Shown in pieces: positions 37,751 to 46,853 of a DNA stretch of 64,000 nt (position 1 is the stretch's first letter; every line of letters starts with the position of its first letter). Both the position numbers and the translations under genes were made by a program. The notes below the pieces were generated by a model. The model was not told the DNA's origin. It did not search any database and saw only the letters and a program-made list of their open reading frames with translations. Source of the stretch: a virus (lineage: Duplodnaviria > Heunggongvirae > Uroviricota > Caudoviricetes). Location of the stretch: positions 36,145 through 100,144 of IMG/VR virus record IMGVR_UViG_3300019935_000001. One strand, 5' to 3'.

Positions 37751-38533
37751 ATGACAACCACTTCTGTTGTAGCCGAAGCCGAAACTGATGCACTGTCCGC
37801 TATCCTGGAGATTCAGGATATGGAAATCGAGGACTCTCTGGAGTCTTTGATGGCCGCCGAAATGGCTGATGACACTCTGGCTGGTCTCGTAGATGCTGAA
37901 AAGGAGCAGTCTGCAGAACCGGAACCGGAGATCGACGAAGACCAGATTCTGGCAGAGATCGAGCTGGATGATGTGAAGACACAGGCTTATGAAGAGCAGG
38001 GCGCAAAAGCTACAGACGACCTCGACCCGGAGGCTGTAACTGCAGCCGAAGCGCAGGCACCTGTCGCTGTCAAAAAGAAGCGAGCGGTAAAGCGTACCAG
38101 CACAGCGTCAATGGCCAAGTCCGAAGCTATCGTGCATAAACTTGGCGAGAGCCGCTATGAAGTCTGCGTTCTGACAAATGAGATGGCAGACATGGACGAT
38201 GACACCCGGAAGGGGGCCATTGATGACTTTATTGTCAGCATAGACAGTCTACCGAAGAAGGTGGGCGAGAAGGTACTGAACCTGCTGTGTCACGTAGCGA
38301 ACGAAGATACGCTATCCACCTATACCGACATCGCCATCCAGATGCTGAAGGATGACGGCGAGCTGACCACAGAAACACTGCGCAACAAGTACCTCGATCG
38401 ACCGTATTCCATCGGAACGTCCGGTGCTCAATCGAGCCAGATGATGTCCTTGTTGCCAGCCATGGGTCTAGCCACCCGAAGCGGGCGAACCCTCACGAAG
38501 AACCCTAATTCTGTCCTAATTGATCTGCTCTAA
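37751..38533 (+). CDS. Hypothetical acidic protein
   Basis: 260 aa. Leader CACACATAGAGGATTG. Highly acidic N-terminal half. Confidence 0.5.
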   Translation: MTTTSVVAEAETDALSAILEIQDMEIEDSLESLMAAEMADDTLAGLVDAEKEQSAEPEPEIDEDQILAEIELDDVKTQAYEEQGAKATDDLDPEAVTAAEAQAPVAVKKKRAVKRTSTASMAKSEAIVHKLGESRYEVCVLTNEMADMDDDTRKGAIDDFIVSIDSLPKKVGEKVLNLLCHVANEDTLSTYTDIAIQMLKDDGELTTETLRNKYLDRPYSIGTSGAQSSQMMSLLPAMGLATRSGRTLTKNPNSVLIDLL

Positions 38534-38540
38534 TGTGTGC

Positions 38541-38565
38541 AGCGCCCTTCGGGGCGCTTTTTTAT
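38541..38565 (+). terminator. Rho-independent terminator
   Basis: AGCGCCCC-TTCG-GGGCGCT hairpin followed by a T6 run. Confidence 0.7.
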
Positions 38566-38706
38566 GACCGCCAGTAACTTACTGTTTTTAATAATGTTTT
38601 TGATTTTGGTTTCAAAAAGGTTGTAGCTTAGTTGCATTAATATCGGTGCTTTCGTTACAACTTTTGAACGCTGTACAGCGCTCTGTATTGCGTTCAGAAC
38701 GCATTT

Positions 38707-38728
38707 GATAAGTCAGTTATAACTTATC
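38707..38728. promoter_or_regulatory. Palindromic promoter/operator element (GATAAGTCAGTTATAACTTATC) plus a second partial copy at 38786-38806
   Basis: Sits in the AT-rich leader region before the long small-gene operon starting at 38826. Confidence 0.5.
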
Positions 38729-38825
38729 ACGCAATAAATTATTAATATAAATTTGTATGTTTTCTTTTGTTTGTACTAACTTACTTATATAATAAATTCT
38801 CTAACACACACAGAGACAGACCGAA

Positions 38826-39074
38826 ATGACCTATCGAAGTAATCCGCGACGCGCCGGGGTTGACGCTTCAGCTCGCAGACGCTCAGTTGCTAATGCGATT
38901 CGCGATGTTGTGACCAAAACATGCAGAGGCCCCGGATGCACCACCAGATCGTCTCAGACGATCTTCATTGGTGATTACTGCCCGTCCTGTCATGAGAAGC
39001 GACTGGCTGCTGAAGCGGCACGGGAAGAGCAATTGAAGCACTACTCAAGCCTTGGATTTGGAGACTTCGCATGA
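38826..39074 (+). CDS. Hypothetical Cys-containing small protein ending in an FGDFA-COOH tail
   Basis: 82 aa. Perfect conserved leader AACACACACAGAGACAGACCGAA before ATGACC. CPSC/CxxC pairs. Confidence 0.45.
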   Translation: MTYRSNPRRAGVDASARRRSVANAIRDVVTKTCRGPGCTTRSSQTIFIGDYCPSCHEKRLAAEAAREEQLKHYSSLGFGDFA

Positions 39075-39349
39075 GCAGCTGGCATGAGTACCGAAAAGTA
39101 GGCCCGAAGGTACGGATCAAACGCTTTGAACCGAGCATGGCGGACAAAGTAGTTAAGGGTGACACCAAAGACATCTACTACATCAAAACCCGTGAAGGCT
39201 ATCGTCTGGTCGACGAGGGTATGTATGTAGCGGACAAAGGCCGGGGCTACAAGCACCCTATGTCCGCAGAGGTTTATCGCTCTCTCTATGTACCTGCAGA
39301 GAACCTGGATGGTGTGAGTCTGGAAAACAGTAGCGCAGCCAGTTGCTGA
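39071..39349 (+). CDS. Hypothetical protein
   Basis: 92 aa. ATGA coupling. Confidence 0.45.
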   Translation: MSSWHEYRKVGPKVRIKRFEPSMADKVVKGDTKDIYYIKTREGYRLVDEGMYVADKGRGYKHPMSAEVYRSLYVPAENLDGVSLENSSAASC

Positions 39350-39398
39350 TCCGGTAGATTTGCCCGGTCCGAGAGTAGCCATAGAACGGAGTGAAGAT

Positions 39399-39869
39399 AT
39401 GCCCCTTAGTTTTCGCATAGCGAACGGAACGTCTGGCGTGTTTGGAAAGAAGCAGGCCAAAGAGCGAGCTGGAGAGATTTATCGCCAGCTGCAGACCCTG
39501 AAAGACCTGCAGAGCCGGTTAGGCAAGAGTAACGCTGAGTCCCTTGATGAGGTAACAGTGGACATGCAGGAGGAGCTAAACAACCTGTTGGAGCTTTGCC
39601 GCCCGGCTGTTCCGACTGAAGCAAAGGCTCAGTTAGTCGCCTTCGGTGAAGGCAAGAGCCTTGCCGACATCGCAGCAGAGGCAGATACAACCCGTCAGGC
39701 CGTATCACGCCGGATGCTCGGCACTGCTCAGACCCTGGCAGAATATGCAGCAATGATGGGCGTAGATCTGCCGATCACACGATTCGTTGAAGACATTCAA
39801 CCACGAGTTCCCGACTTCCTTGAGTTCATTGAAAAGCTGGAAGTCATGAAAGGAAACTGCAACAAATAA
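39399..39869 (+). CDS. Putative sigma-70 region-4-like HTH transcription factor
   Basis: The segment QLVAFGEGKSLADIAAEADTTRQAVSRRMLGTAQTLAE resembles sigma region 4.2 / ECF-type HTH. An ATG start with a GGAG RBS is preferred over the upstream TTG. Confidence 0.4.
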   Translation: MPLSFRIANGTSGVFGKKQAKERAGEIYRQLQTLKDLQSRLGKSNAESLDEVTVDMQEELNNLLELCRPAVPTEAKAQLVAFGEGKSLADIAAEADTTRQAVSRRMLGTAQTLAEYAAMMGVDLPITRFVEDIQPRVPDFLEFIEKLEVMKGNCNK

Positions 39870-39887
39870 CACACTGGAGACAAACAA

Positions 39888-40382
39888 ATGACCATTTCTG
39901 CTAACGCAAAGACCGTATCCGAGAAGGACTTTTCTGAACTGGCTGGGCGCTTAGGCGTACTGATTGATGAAGCGGCTGAAAAGGGTTGCTTCGCCCAGTT
40001 CACAATGATCGCCAAGAACGATGAAGACAGTGAGGCAGTAGCTGGCGGTGCCGCTGGCCCGATAGGTCTTGCGCTGGTCGCTCAGCAGGGCGAATCCGCT
40101 TTGTCTATGGCTCCAGCTCTGTGCAGCATCCTTCCTAATGTGCTGGAGGGTGGCGAAGACGTTGCCCTGACAGTGACCATCGGAGAAGACGAGGTTTCAT
40201 CTATCACAGCGCGGGCCAACATATGGAACCTGCGCCCTCTGATGCAGCAGTGCATGAGTGAAGGCGTGTTCCCGTTTGGCAGTAAAGAAGCCTTTTACAC
40301 TGTCATCAATACAGAAGGCGTAGCGGGTGCTAAGGCGATGCTTGAACAGGCTCTGACGAAGGCTGACAAGGTGGATGCGTAA
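39888..40382 (+). CDS. Hypothetical protein
   Basis: 164 aa. Leader ACACACTGGAGACAAAC. Confidence 0.5.
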   Translation: MTISANAKTVSEKDFSELAGRLGVLIDEAAEKGCFAQFTMIAKNDEDSEAVAGGAAGPIGLALVAQQGESALSMAPALCSILPNVLEGGEDVALTVTIGEDEVSSITARANIWNLRPLMQQCMSEGVFPFGSKEAFYTVINTEGVAGAKAMLEQALTKADKVDA

Positions 40383-40554
40383 ATTCCTGGTAATCTATCT
40401 GAAGCCCGGCATTGGTCAGCTGCAGAAGATTGTAGAGGCAACGAACTGGTACAGCGTTACCAACGAGGCCACTGAGCAATTGCAAATCACTGAATCGCAG
40501 ATATTGAGCATAGATGAAACGCCCCGGTCTATCCGGGAGTCGCAAGCATTTTGA
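40375..40554 (+). CDS. Hypothetical small protein (59 aa)
   Basis: ATGCGTAA start/stop overlap. Followed by a 9-bp-stem hairpin at 40561-40586. Confidence 0.3.
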   Translation: MRKFLVIYLKPGIGQLQKIVEATNWYSVTNEATEQLQITESQILSIDETPRSIRESQAF

Positions 40555-40596
40555 TCAGAGAAGGAGGGCGTTAAGCCCTCCTTTGAGGACAGACAG

Positions 40597-40851
40597 ATGG
40601 AACAGCACCTTTACCACGTTCAAATGACTCGTGATGTTACCGAATCCTGCACAGTGGCTGTGTGGGCCAGCAGCCCGGATCAGGCCGAAGACAAGGCGTA
40701 TATGGCAGCGACCGGTGCCGCCGATGATCGCACTGCACATGTCGGCCCCTGGAGCCTGAATGAAGGCAGTTGCGGGGCTGAAGCGCCATACATAGCTGAT
40801 TCGGGCGAGGACATTAAGCAGGTCAGCCGAGGCTCGTCCGTAGCCATGTGA
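40597..40851 (+). CDS. Hypothetical protein
   Basis: 84 aa. Confidence 0.4.
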   Translation: MEQHLYHVQMTRDVTESCTVAVWASSPDQAEDKAYMAATGAADDRTAHVGPWSLNEGSCGAEAPYIADSGEDIKQVSRGSSVAM

Positions 40852-40926
40852 TACTCACCTTAGTCAATTTGAGAGAATTACATTGTCAGAGCTGACTTAG
40901 CTTTTGCACACATACAGGAGCAAACT

Positions 40927-41247
40927 ATGACCACCTGCAATGTAACTTTCTCCACCGCCAGCGTGACGCTGGTTCTCAGCAATCGACCGTACAGCGGTCG
41001 TACCTCAATTATCGACATCAATGATCTCCTCGAAGCCATGTGCGAAGAGCAGGACGGGGCCAAGGCGACAGCCGGTGTCCTGGAGCGCATCACTATTGGC
41101 AACGACGGGGATCTCGTCCTCCACATGACATACGAGAGCCCAGAAGATCTGATGCTGGTCGATGTGGACGCGGACAAGATTCGGACGTTTTTAAATGAAG
41201 CCTGGGACGACGATGAAGAGTCATCTCTGGCTGCAGTGGGTTTGTGA
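40927..41247 (+). CDS. Hypothetical protein
   Basis: 106 aa. Leader CACACATACAGGAGCAAAC. A palindromic element copy lies at 40881-40901. Confidence 0.45.
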   Translation: MTTCNVTFSTASVTLVLSNRPYSGRTSIIDINDLLEAMCEEQDGAKATAGVLERITIGNDGDLVLHMTYESPEDLMLVDVDADKIRTFLNEAWDDDEESSLAAVGL

Positions 41248-41250
41248 ATT

Positions 41251-41766
41251 ATGAGCAGTAAAAAGAAGAAGCCACGCAATCGGAAGTACACACCTGGACG
41301 GCACATGATTCCGGGATTTCAGAAGGACATCGAGAAGTTCTGGGTTATGAGAACCTGGAACATGAATCAGCTGGCCTGGGGTGGCTTGAACCCGAACGTA
41401 TCGTATTACCAGATGCTGTGTGACCACCTGATTATCACACCGCAGTGCTGGACAGTCCTTGTTGCATCTCTGCAGAAGGATGAACACGGAAACACATGGA
41501 CCAACTTCGAGCAGTACAGCCTGAAAGAGCCGGTACTGCCCCGCCACATCCAAGATGCTCTGAGCGAGAAGCTGGAGAATCTGCACAAGGGTCGAAATGA
41601 GAAGCACCGGGTTGGTGCCGCTTGGTATGCAGTACCGAAGGCTGATGCTGATTTGCTGGCTGACTCGGTACGGATCGAAGAGAAGTTCCGGTCGGTGGGC
41701 GCTTTTGATCGCAAGCAGTCACCTGGCAAGCATGTGTCGAAGCCCTCAGTAGGGAAGGCGGCATGA
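41251..41766 (+). CDS. Hypothetical protein
   Basis: 171 aa. Confidence 0.45.
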   Translation: MSSKKKKPRNRKYTPGRHMIPGFQKDIEKFWVMRTWNMNQLAWGGLNPNVSYYQMLCDHLIITPQCWTVLVASLQKDEHGNTWTNFEQYSLKEPVLPRHIQDALSEKLENLHKGRNEKHRVGAAWYAVPKADADLLADSVRIEEKFRSVGAFDRKQSPGKHVSKPSVGKAA

Positions 41767-42023
41767 AGGGCTTTAAGCGTTACTTTTTCCAGCAGCGCAG
41801 AAACACCAGTGTGTGGAGAACGCTGCCCGTCATTGTCCGCAGCAGAGAAGATTTGGCGGCTTTGGTTCAGCACTGGTCTGTACTGGGCCAACGGGGCGGG
41901 TGGCAATACCGCGCGCTGATGACGTTGCCCGAGGACCTGACCCGCCAGGAGAACAAGAACCTGGAATTTATAGTCGAGGCCCGCGTTCATCGGGGTCATA
42001 TCGGATACAGCGAGGAGTCGTAA
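41763..42023 (+). CDS. Hypothetical protein
   Basis: 86 aa. ATGA coupling. Confidence 0.4.
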   Translation: MKGFKRYFFQQRRNTSVWRTLPVIVRSREDLAALVQHWSVLGQRGGWQYRALMTLPEDLTRQENKNLEFIVEARVHRGHIGYSEES

Positions 42024-42025
42024 CG

Positions 42026-42367
42026 ATGTTGTTTAGCCAGAAACAGGTGGCTGATTTCGTAGCAGAATGCACCGCCCTTCATACCCTGAATTGTCTTCCT
42101 GCCGATCCGGATGACACGCCTGACTTTGATGCTTTTGAGGTGCAGCTGGTCGTGTCTATGCAGGACGGCGACGGTGGCTTCTTCTGTGAGCCTGTGTCCG
42201 AACGGGAGGCTGCTGCCGAGATCTCCTCTGACCGGTTCGACGCTCTGATGTGGACGCTCTATGCCCACTGTCAGGACGGCGGCGTTGAGGCTCTGCACGA
42301 CTTTCACAGCAAAGCCGAAGCAGAGGAAATCTACAAGGCACTTCACGCCAAATTCGTGGCCGATTGA
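42026..42367 (+). CDS. Hypothetical protein
   Basis: 113 aa. Start at ATG 42026, not the long upstream ORF-track start at 41813. Confidence 0.4.
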   Translation: MLFSQKQVADFVAECTALHTLNCLPADPDDTPDFDAFEVQLVVSMQDGDGGFFCEPVSEREAAAEISSDRFDALMWTLYAHCQDGGVEALHDFHSKAEAEEIYKALHAKFVAD

Positions 42368-42443
42368 TAGCCACTTCTGATCTACCTGTTGCCGATTGAG
42401 AAAATACATTCATCGGCAACAACACACATAGAGACAGAGAATT

Positions 42444-42728
42444 ATGACCGCTAAGTTGATGACCCTTCCCCCGAAGGGTCGAACCATCTCTACACCGAAA
42501 GGTGGCTGGAAGAAGCAGACGTACTACGTGGTAAACGTGTCTGTGAATCGGAACAACCCGATCTTCCGGGCGATCTTCTACTCCGGATTCCTGGAGAAGG
42601 GCGGACTGCCCGGTGCCTACGCTGCAGCATGGGCGGGCGCTTGCGATGAAACACCGATCCATGAACTTCACTTCCTGGAAGTGGTTTCTGAGATCGACAT
42701 GGGTACTGACGTGGAGGATTCACTGTGA
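42444..42728 (+). CDS. Hypothetical protein
   Basis: 94 aa. Leader AACACACATAGAGACAGAG before ATGACC. Confidence 0.45.
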   Translation: MTAKLMTLPPKGRTISTPKGGWKKQTYYVVNVSVNRNNPIFRAIFYSGFLEKGGLPGAYAAAWAGACDETPIHELHFLEVVSEIDMGTDVEDSL

Positions 42729-43369
42729 GAAGTGTGAACCTGATTGTCAGAGAAGACCCTGCGACTGGTGCAACCGGCCTGATGTGCAAGGACGTTCGGG
42801 TTATCGATGCCCCGATGGTCGCTGTAACTGGCTCAACCATTGCTCACGACATCATTGAGCACCAGAACGGACTGAGAGCGATCGGCTCCATCGGTGACGA
42901 GCTGGAGGCGCTGGGTGGTCTGTGGTTCTGCCGGGGGCAACTATGTGATCTGGGCAACGGGTGGATGTCGAATACGCAGACCGTATCCGGCGATGTAGAC
43001 AACCTGTTCAGCCTGTATGCCAGCGGCGTTCCGGTTCGCTCCGAAGTTAAGCGCCTGCACCGTGCCCCGGACTACATCGAAGACGACATCGGCGAGATCC
43101 TGGCTCATGTGGGCGTCAGTGACTGTGAGCGGGATCAGTGGGGTGACTTCAAAGAGGCTGCTTTCCGGCTGATCAGCCGGGGCTACAACAAAGCTGTTCG
43201 CCGATTCAAAGATAACGCTATCGCCGCGCATAACCAGTTCTGCACGATTGAGATGGCAGTCAATGATCTACTGATCGGCGATCTGCACCTGGGCCAGGAG
43301 TTCACACTGGTGTACGGGGAAGGTCGAGCACGCACTTTCGGGGAGTACGAAGACAATGCCTGGTACTAA
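42725..43369 (+). CDS. Hypothetical protein
   Basis: 214 aa. GTGA coupling. Confidence 0.45.
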   Translation: MRSVNLIVREDPATGATGLMCKDVRVIDAPMVAVTGSTIAHDIIEHQNGLRAIGSIGDELEALGGLWFCRGQLCDLGNGWMSNTQTVSGDVDNLFSLYASGVPVRSEVKRLHRAPDYIEDDIGEILAHVGVSDCERDQWGDFKEAAFRLISRGYNKAVRRFKDNAIAAHNQFCTIEMAVNDLLIGDLHLGQEFTLVYGEGRARTFGEYEDNAWY

Positions 43370-43724
43370 TCGAAAACCTTGCAAGCGCCCGTGTGCTAAC
43401 TGCCCGTGGAAGAAGGACTCGGCTCGCGGCTATCTGGGAGGCAACAGTGTTGGTGTGTACGCAGACTCTATTCGATCTGACCGCCGCCTTGCCTGCCACA
43501 GCCGAGCCCCAGGGTCTGAGAGCCTGCCGTCCGAGCTTATCGCAGCGGCTGACGTATGCACGGGTTACGTTATGGCCCGAGTAAATGACTTCAAGAGTAG
43601 TGCCGATCCAGTGCTGCGCCAGCTTGAAGTGATGCACCGCGAAAGCAGTCACCGTGGTGAGATCTTCTCGTTTCCGGTTCATGAGGGTTTCGCGGGCCAC
43701 CACGGTTTGGAGATCGCAGTATGA
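43356..43724 (+). CDS. Hypothetical Cys-rich protein
   Basis: 122 aa. Confidence 0.4.
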   Translation: MPGTNRKPCKRPCANCPWKKDSARGYLGGNSVGVYADSIRSDRRLACHSRAPGSESLPSELIAAADVCTGYVMARVNDFKSSADPVLRQLEVMHRESSHRGEIFSFPVHEGFAGHHGLEIAV

Positions 43725-44032
43725 AGACACGTATCGAGAAGGTACTGAAGCGCGATGATGGCACCCGGGCAAAGATCGAAGTCTGGCTGTCTGCGGGCTA
43801 CCTGGAGAAGAGTGCGAAATACCATTACGAGGTCGAGTTTAAGCCACCACGCGCCCGAAACTGGCGACCGGTCTATGATCGCAGCGGCTACGACTATCGC
43901 AGGCTGTCGTATGAAGAGCGCCCGGCCTACATCCAAAAGATGAGCCTGGAGCATGTGACAGAAGAAGAGATCCACACCGCAATGCTGGAACTGTGGGAGC
44001 AACTGAAGCCGGGGGTACTCGACCATGATTAA
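43721..44032 (+). CDS. Hypothetical protein
   Basis: 103 aa. ATGA coupling. Confidence 0.4.
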   Translation: MKTRIEKVLKRDDGTRAKIEVWLSAGYLEKSAKYHYEVEFKPPRARNWRPVYDRSGYDYRRLSYEERPAYIQKMSLEHVTEEEIHTAMLELWEQLKPGVLDHD

Positions 44033-44210
44033 TCCGAACAAGTGGCCGACCCTTCCCACCACAAAACTCAAAGGCGGCGTTCGCCGTGGTGAGCTGGCAG
44101 TTACCTGCACTGGCATCGGCAAACCGAAGACCTGTACCAGCGGGCTGCTGAAGATCATCGAAAAGTCAGGTGCTGGCAGAAAGAAGGGGGTTGTTCGTTA
44201 TGAACCATGA
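44025..44210 (+). CDS. Hypothetical small protein
   Basis: 61 aa. ATGA coupling. Confidence 0.3.
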   Translation: MINPNKWPTLPTTKLKGGVRRGELAVTCTGIGKPKTCTSGLLKIIEKSGAGRKKGVVRYEP

Positions 44211-44637
44211 AGCAGGCATGAGCGGTGAAGAGCTGAAGGCAAAGTACGAAGAGCTGCAGCCGGGTGATCACTGGGCTGAGCACCCCGAGTTCTCGCTGGG
44301 GGCTTGGCGTGAGGAAGTCAGCGAAGAGAACACGCTGCAGGGATACTGGGACTGGGTGGCAGCGCAGGCTCATGAGGCCAACATGACCCGGATCGAGCAG
44401 CTGCTGGAGCAAGATGGCGACCGAATCGAAACGGTTTACTGCTCCAAGAAGCACCCGCATGGCTCTGCATATGTGGCCGTAACTGCTCAGGGCAGATGGC
44501 TTGTTGGTAGAGAACAGGCGTTGATTGATGTGTTCTATGGCTCTGCCCGTGTAGCGTATGACGCCTATTTCCGGAAGGCAGAGCAGGGCGATCACGGAGC
44601 CTGGAACATCTGCTATGTGCTGGAGGATCACTTGTGA
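44200..44637 (+). CDS. Hypothetical protein
   Basis: Start at ATG 44200 with an AAGGGGG RBS. Confidence 0.4.
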   Translation: MNHEAGMSGEELKAKYEELQPGDHWAEHPEFSLGAWREEVSEENTLQGYWDWVAAQAHEANMTRIEQLLEQDGDRIETVYCSKKHPHGSAYVAVTAQGRWLVGREQALIDVFYGSARVAYDAYFRKAEQGDHGAWNICYVLEDHL

Positions 44638-44763
44638 GTGCGGCGCTGGTGCCGACCTGACGAATGCCGAGGGGAGTCCCGAACCATCGCTTACTCCCCT
44701 TTTGAGTATTGCGACAATAGATCCCGTTGAAGCAACAACGCTATTACACACAGAGAGACGGAA

Positions 44764-45048
44764 ATGATGACCGACTTTACAGAGCTTTTTGAACGCGCAA
44801 AGACAGAGCAGACCCTGGAGATTATGGTTCGCGGCCGCTGCCGCAAAATGAAGGTGAGCTGCAATCTGTCAGATTACACTTACGCTACGCTGGCTAATTA
44901 CTATCGCGAAGACGCTTTCGCCTCTGTGCGCTGTATGCTCCAGGCCGCTGCAGATCGGCTGACCGAGATCCGTGAAGAGGCAAGCGCTGCTGCTCGCCGC
45001 GAAGCGCTTGCTAAAGATCTTGCGAAGCTGTCCGGGGCCAAATCATGA
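44764..45048 (+). CDS. Hypothetical protein
   Basis: 94 aa. Leader TTACACACAGAGAGACGGAA. Confidence 0.45.
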   Translation: MMTDFTELFERAKTEQTLEIMVRGRCRKMKVSCNLSDYTYATLANYYREDAFASVRCMLQAAADRLTEIREEASAAARREALAKDLAKLSGAKS

Positions 45049-45395
45049 AAGCAATTCTGATCGACCCGGAGGAGCGCACTGTTAGCGCTGTCGAACATGG
45101 TAACGAGCTGCGTGACTTCTATAGCTTGCTCGACTGTGAGCGAATCGAGTTCATAGATGTTGAACCTGGCATCTCTGTGATCGTTGATGGCGATGCGTTG
45201 CTCCGGGATGCGCCGCCGCCACCTTTTCTGTTCGACTATATGCGGGTACTCATTTTCGGCAAAGGCCTGATTGTCGGGATCTGCGGTAGCGATGTAGCAG
45301 AGTGCACGATGTCCATGTCAGATGCGTGGCTCAGGACATACTGGACAGATAGTGGCATCGCAGAGTGTGCCGCTGATTATCGGGGGCGGATCTGA
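45045..45395 (+). CDS. Hypothetical protein
   Basis: 116 aa. ATGA coupling. Confidence 0.4.
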   Translation: MKAILIDPEERTVSAVEHGNELRDFYSLLDCERIEFIDVEPGISVIVDGDALLRDAPPPPFLFDYMRVLIFGKGLIVGICGSDVAECTMSMSDAWLRTYWTDSGIAECAADYRGRI

Positions 45396-45580
45396 TGAAC
45401 CTGTTGTTTTCATATGGTGCTGACCGTGATAACGAGCTGAATGCGCAGGGTCATATTTTTCTGGGCGCAGGTGAAGACTCAAATGAAGGTGAGGTTCACG
45501 TGTTTCTAAAGGCCGGCGAAGAGCGACAGCTGCCGGGCGACAATATGGTCCTCAACCTGAGCGCCGAAGCCAATGACTGA
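45395..45580 (+). CDS. Hypothetical small protein
   Basis: 61 aa. TGATG coupling. Confidence 0.3.
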   Translation: MNLLFSYGADRDNELNAQGHIFLGAGEDSNEGEVHVFLKAGEERQLPGDNMVLNLSAEAND

Positions 45581-45830
45581 TGTGGTATGCGGTGTATTCA
45601 TTGAGTTCACAGAGAACGAGCACTCTGACAAGGAGCTGTCAGCTGGGCCTTTCTTTACCGGCACCCGAGCAGACTGCAGCAGCTGGCTGCACCGGAACTC
45701 TGAGCTGATGGAAAAACTGAAGGAAATGGCAATTGGCCTGACAGAGTACGGGTCAAACCAGAACTACAGCTGCGAAGATTTTGACATATTTATTGAGAAG
45801 GTAGATGAAAATGGAAAATGGCGTAGTTAA
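45573..45830 (+). CDS. Hypothetical protein
   Basis: 85 aa. Confidence 0.4.
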   Translation: MTDVVCGVFIEFTENEHSDKELSAGPFFTGTRADCSSWLHRNSELMEKLKEMAIGLTEYGSNQNYSCEDFDIFIEKVDENGKWRS

Positions 45831-46038
45831 TCGAGCGGGGCAGCCTTGGACAGGGCGAGAGGAGGAAGAGCTGCGTGATTTGTTCGATCAAGCTGAGAGC
45901 ATTACAAATATTGCTTCATGGCATAGACGCTCAATCGGAGCGATCACCAGCCGCCTTGCTCGTTTAAACCTGATTGAGCATAGTCGCCAGGGGTGGCTCC
46001 GCAAAGATACCAGCGAAGTCTATTATCGCTGGTTCTGA
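45805..46038 (+). CDS. Hypothetical protein
   Basis: 77 aa. Last gene of the small-gene operon. Confidence 0.35.
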   Translation: MKMENGVVNRAGQPWTGREEEELRDLFDQAESITNIASWHRRSIGAITSRLARLNLIEHSRQGWLRKDTSEVYYRWF

Positions 46039-46055
46039 CCCCGACAACCAATCCC

Positions 46056-46090
46056 CCCCCTAAAAGCCTGCATCATGCAGGCTTTTCTGT
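46056..46090. terminator. Bidirectional terminator hairpin (AAAAGCCTGCATCATGCAGGCTTTT) preceded by a C8 tract
   Basis: Perfect 9-bp stem flanked by A-runs and T-runs on both sides. Ends the 38826-46038 operon. Confidence 0.7.
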
Positions 46091-46480
46091 TGCTTTCTGA
46101 TACTGAGAGCAGACCTGTTGAATATGCTGCGCCATGAACGATGTAGAAAATGCCCTTTTTGACTCAGAAGTGTCCCCGGCCAGCCCCAAACTTATCATTG
46201 CTGATAGTTGGCCCTTGATATACCCCCGGAATACCCCCAGCGAGTGAAGAGTCATCGCTCGTATTTGCTCAGAAGAAGCGCCAGCTATAACCAGGTCAGC
46301 TTCAGCCTGCTGAATGTCTTCCGTTATCTGGTGAGTATCCAGATCCAGACCTGCATATGTCTTACCTCCTCTTTTTTTCATATTTGAGGAGAAGAGACAA
46401 GCGGTTGGAGTGTATAGCCGCTTCAGATGCTCCTGGTACGCCGCATGAAGCGTTGGATAGTACTCCACTGTTGAAGTCAC
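46073..46480 (-). CDS. Hypothetical protein
   Basis: 135-aa ORF with protein-like composition. No convincing RBS. The stop lies inside the terminator loop. Confidence 0.3.
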   Translation of the reverse strand: MTSTVEYYPTLHAAYQEHLKRLYTPTACLFSSNMKKRGGKTYAGLDLDTHQITEDIQQAEADLVIAGASSEQIRAMTLHSLGVFRGYIKGQLSAMISLGLAGDTSESKRAFSTSFMAQHIQQVCSQYQKATEKPA

Positions 46481-46853
46481 TTCATTAGCGTGGCTAGAGC
46501 CAGTGTCGCCATAGACTTTTTAAGCATCTGTATTGTCCCTTTGATTCAACGCAGGCCGTATAGTAATTGAATCAACGATCACTTACAAAGACAGTCAGAC
46601 CAGCATCTCTGCACTACATCGACAGACTCATCTGAAAGCATCGCTGTATCGTCCGCAGAACAGCGCACAGCAAGCGCACACAGAAGATACGAGCAATCAC
46701 ACTGCTCGGCTATTCGGGCGCTCAGAACGCAATACAGAAAGCCGATCCATTCCGCTACCAAAAGCACTGCAGGATACCCAGCTGCCAGCTCTGATCAGCC
46801 TGATCCCGCTTGAGAAAATACAAGCGTCACAACGACACACAAGGAGACAAATT

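Noticed and set aside
41813-42367. ORF-track gene 41813..42367 (184 aa)
   Set aside because: The long N-terminal part overlaps the 41763..42023 gene in another frame. A coupled start at ATG 42026 (MLFSQKQV...) is far more plausible, so the gene was shortened.
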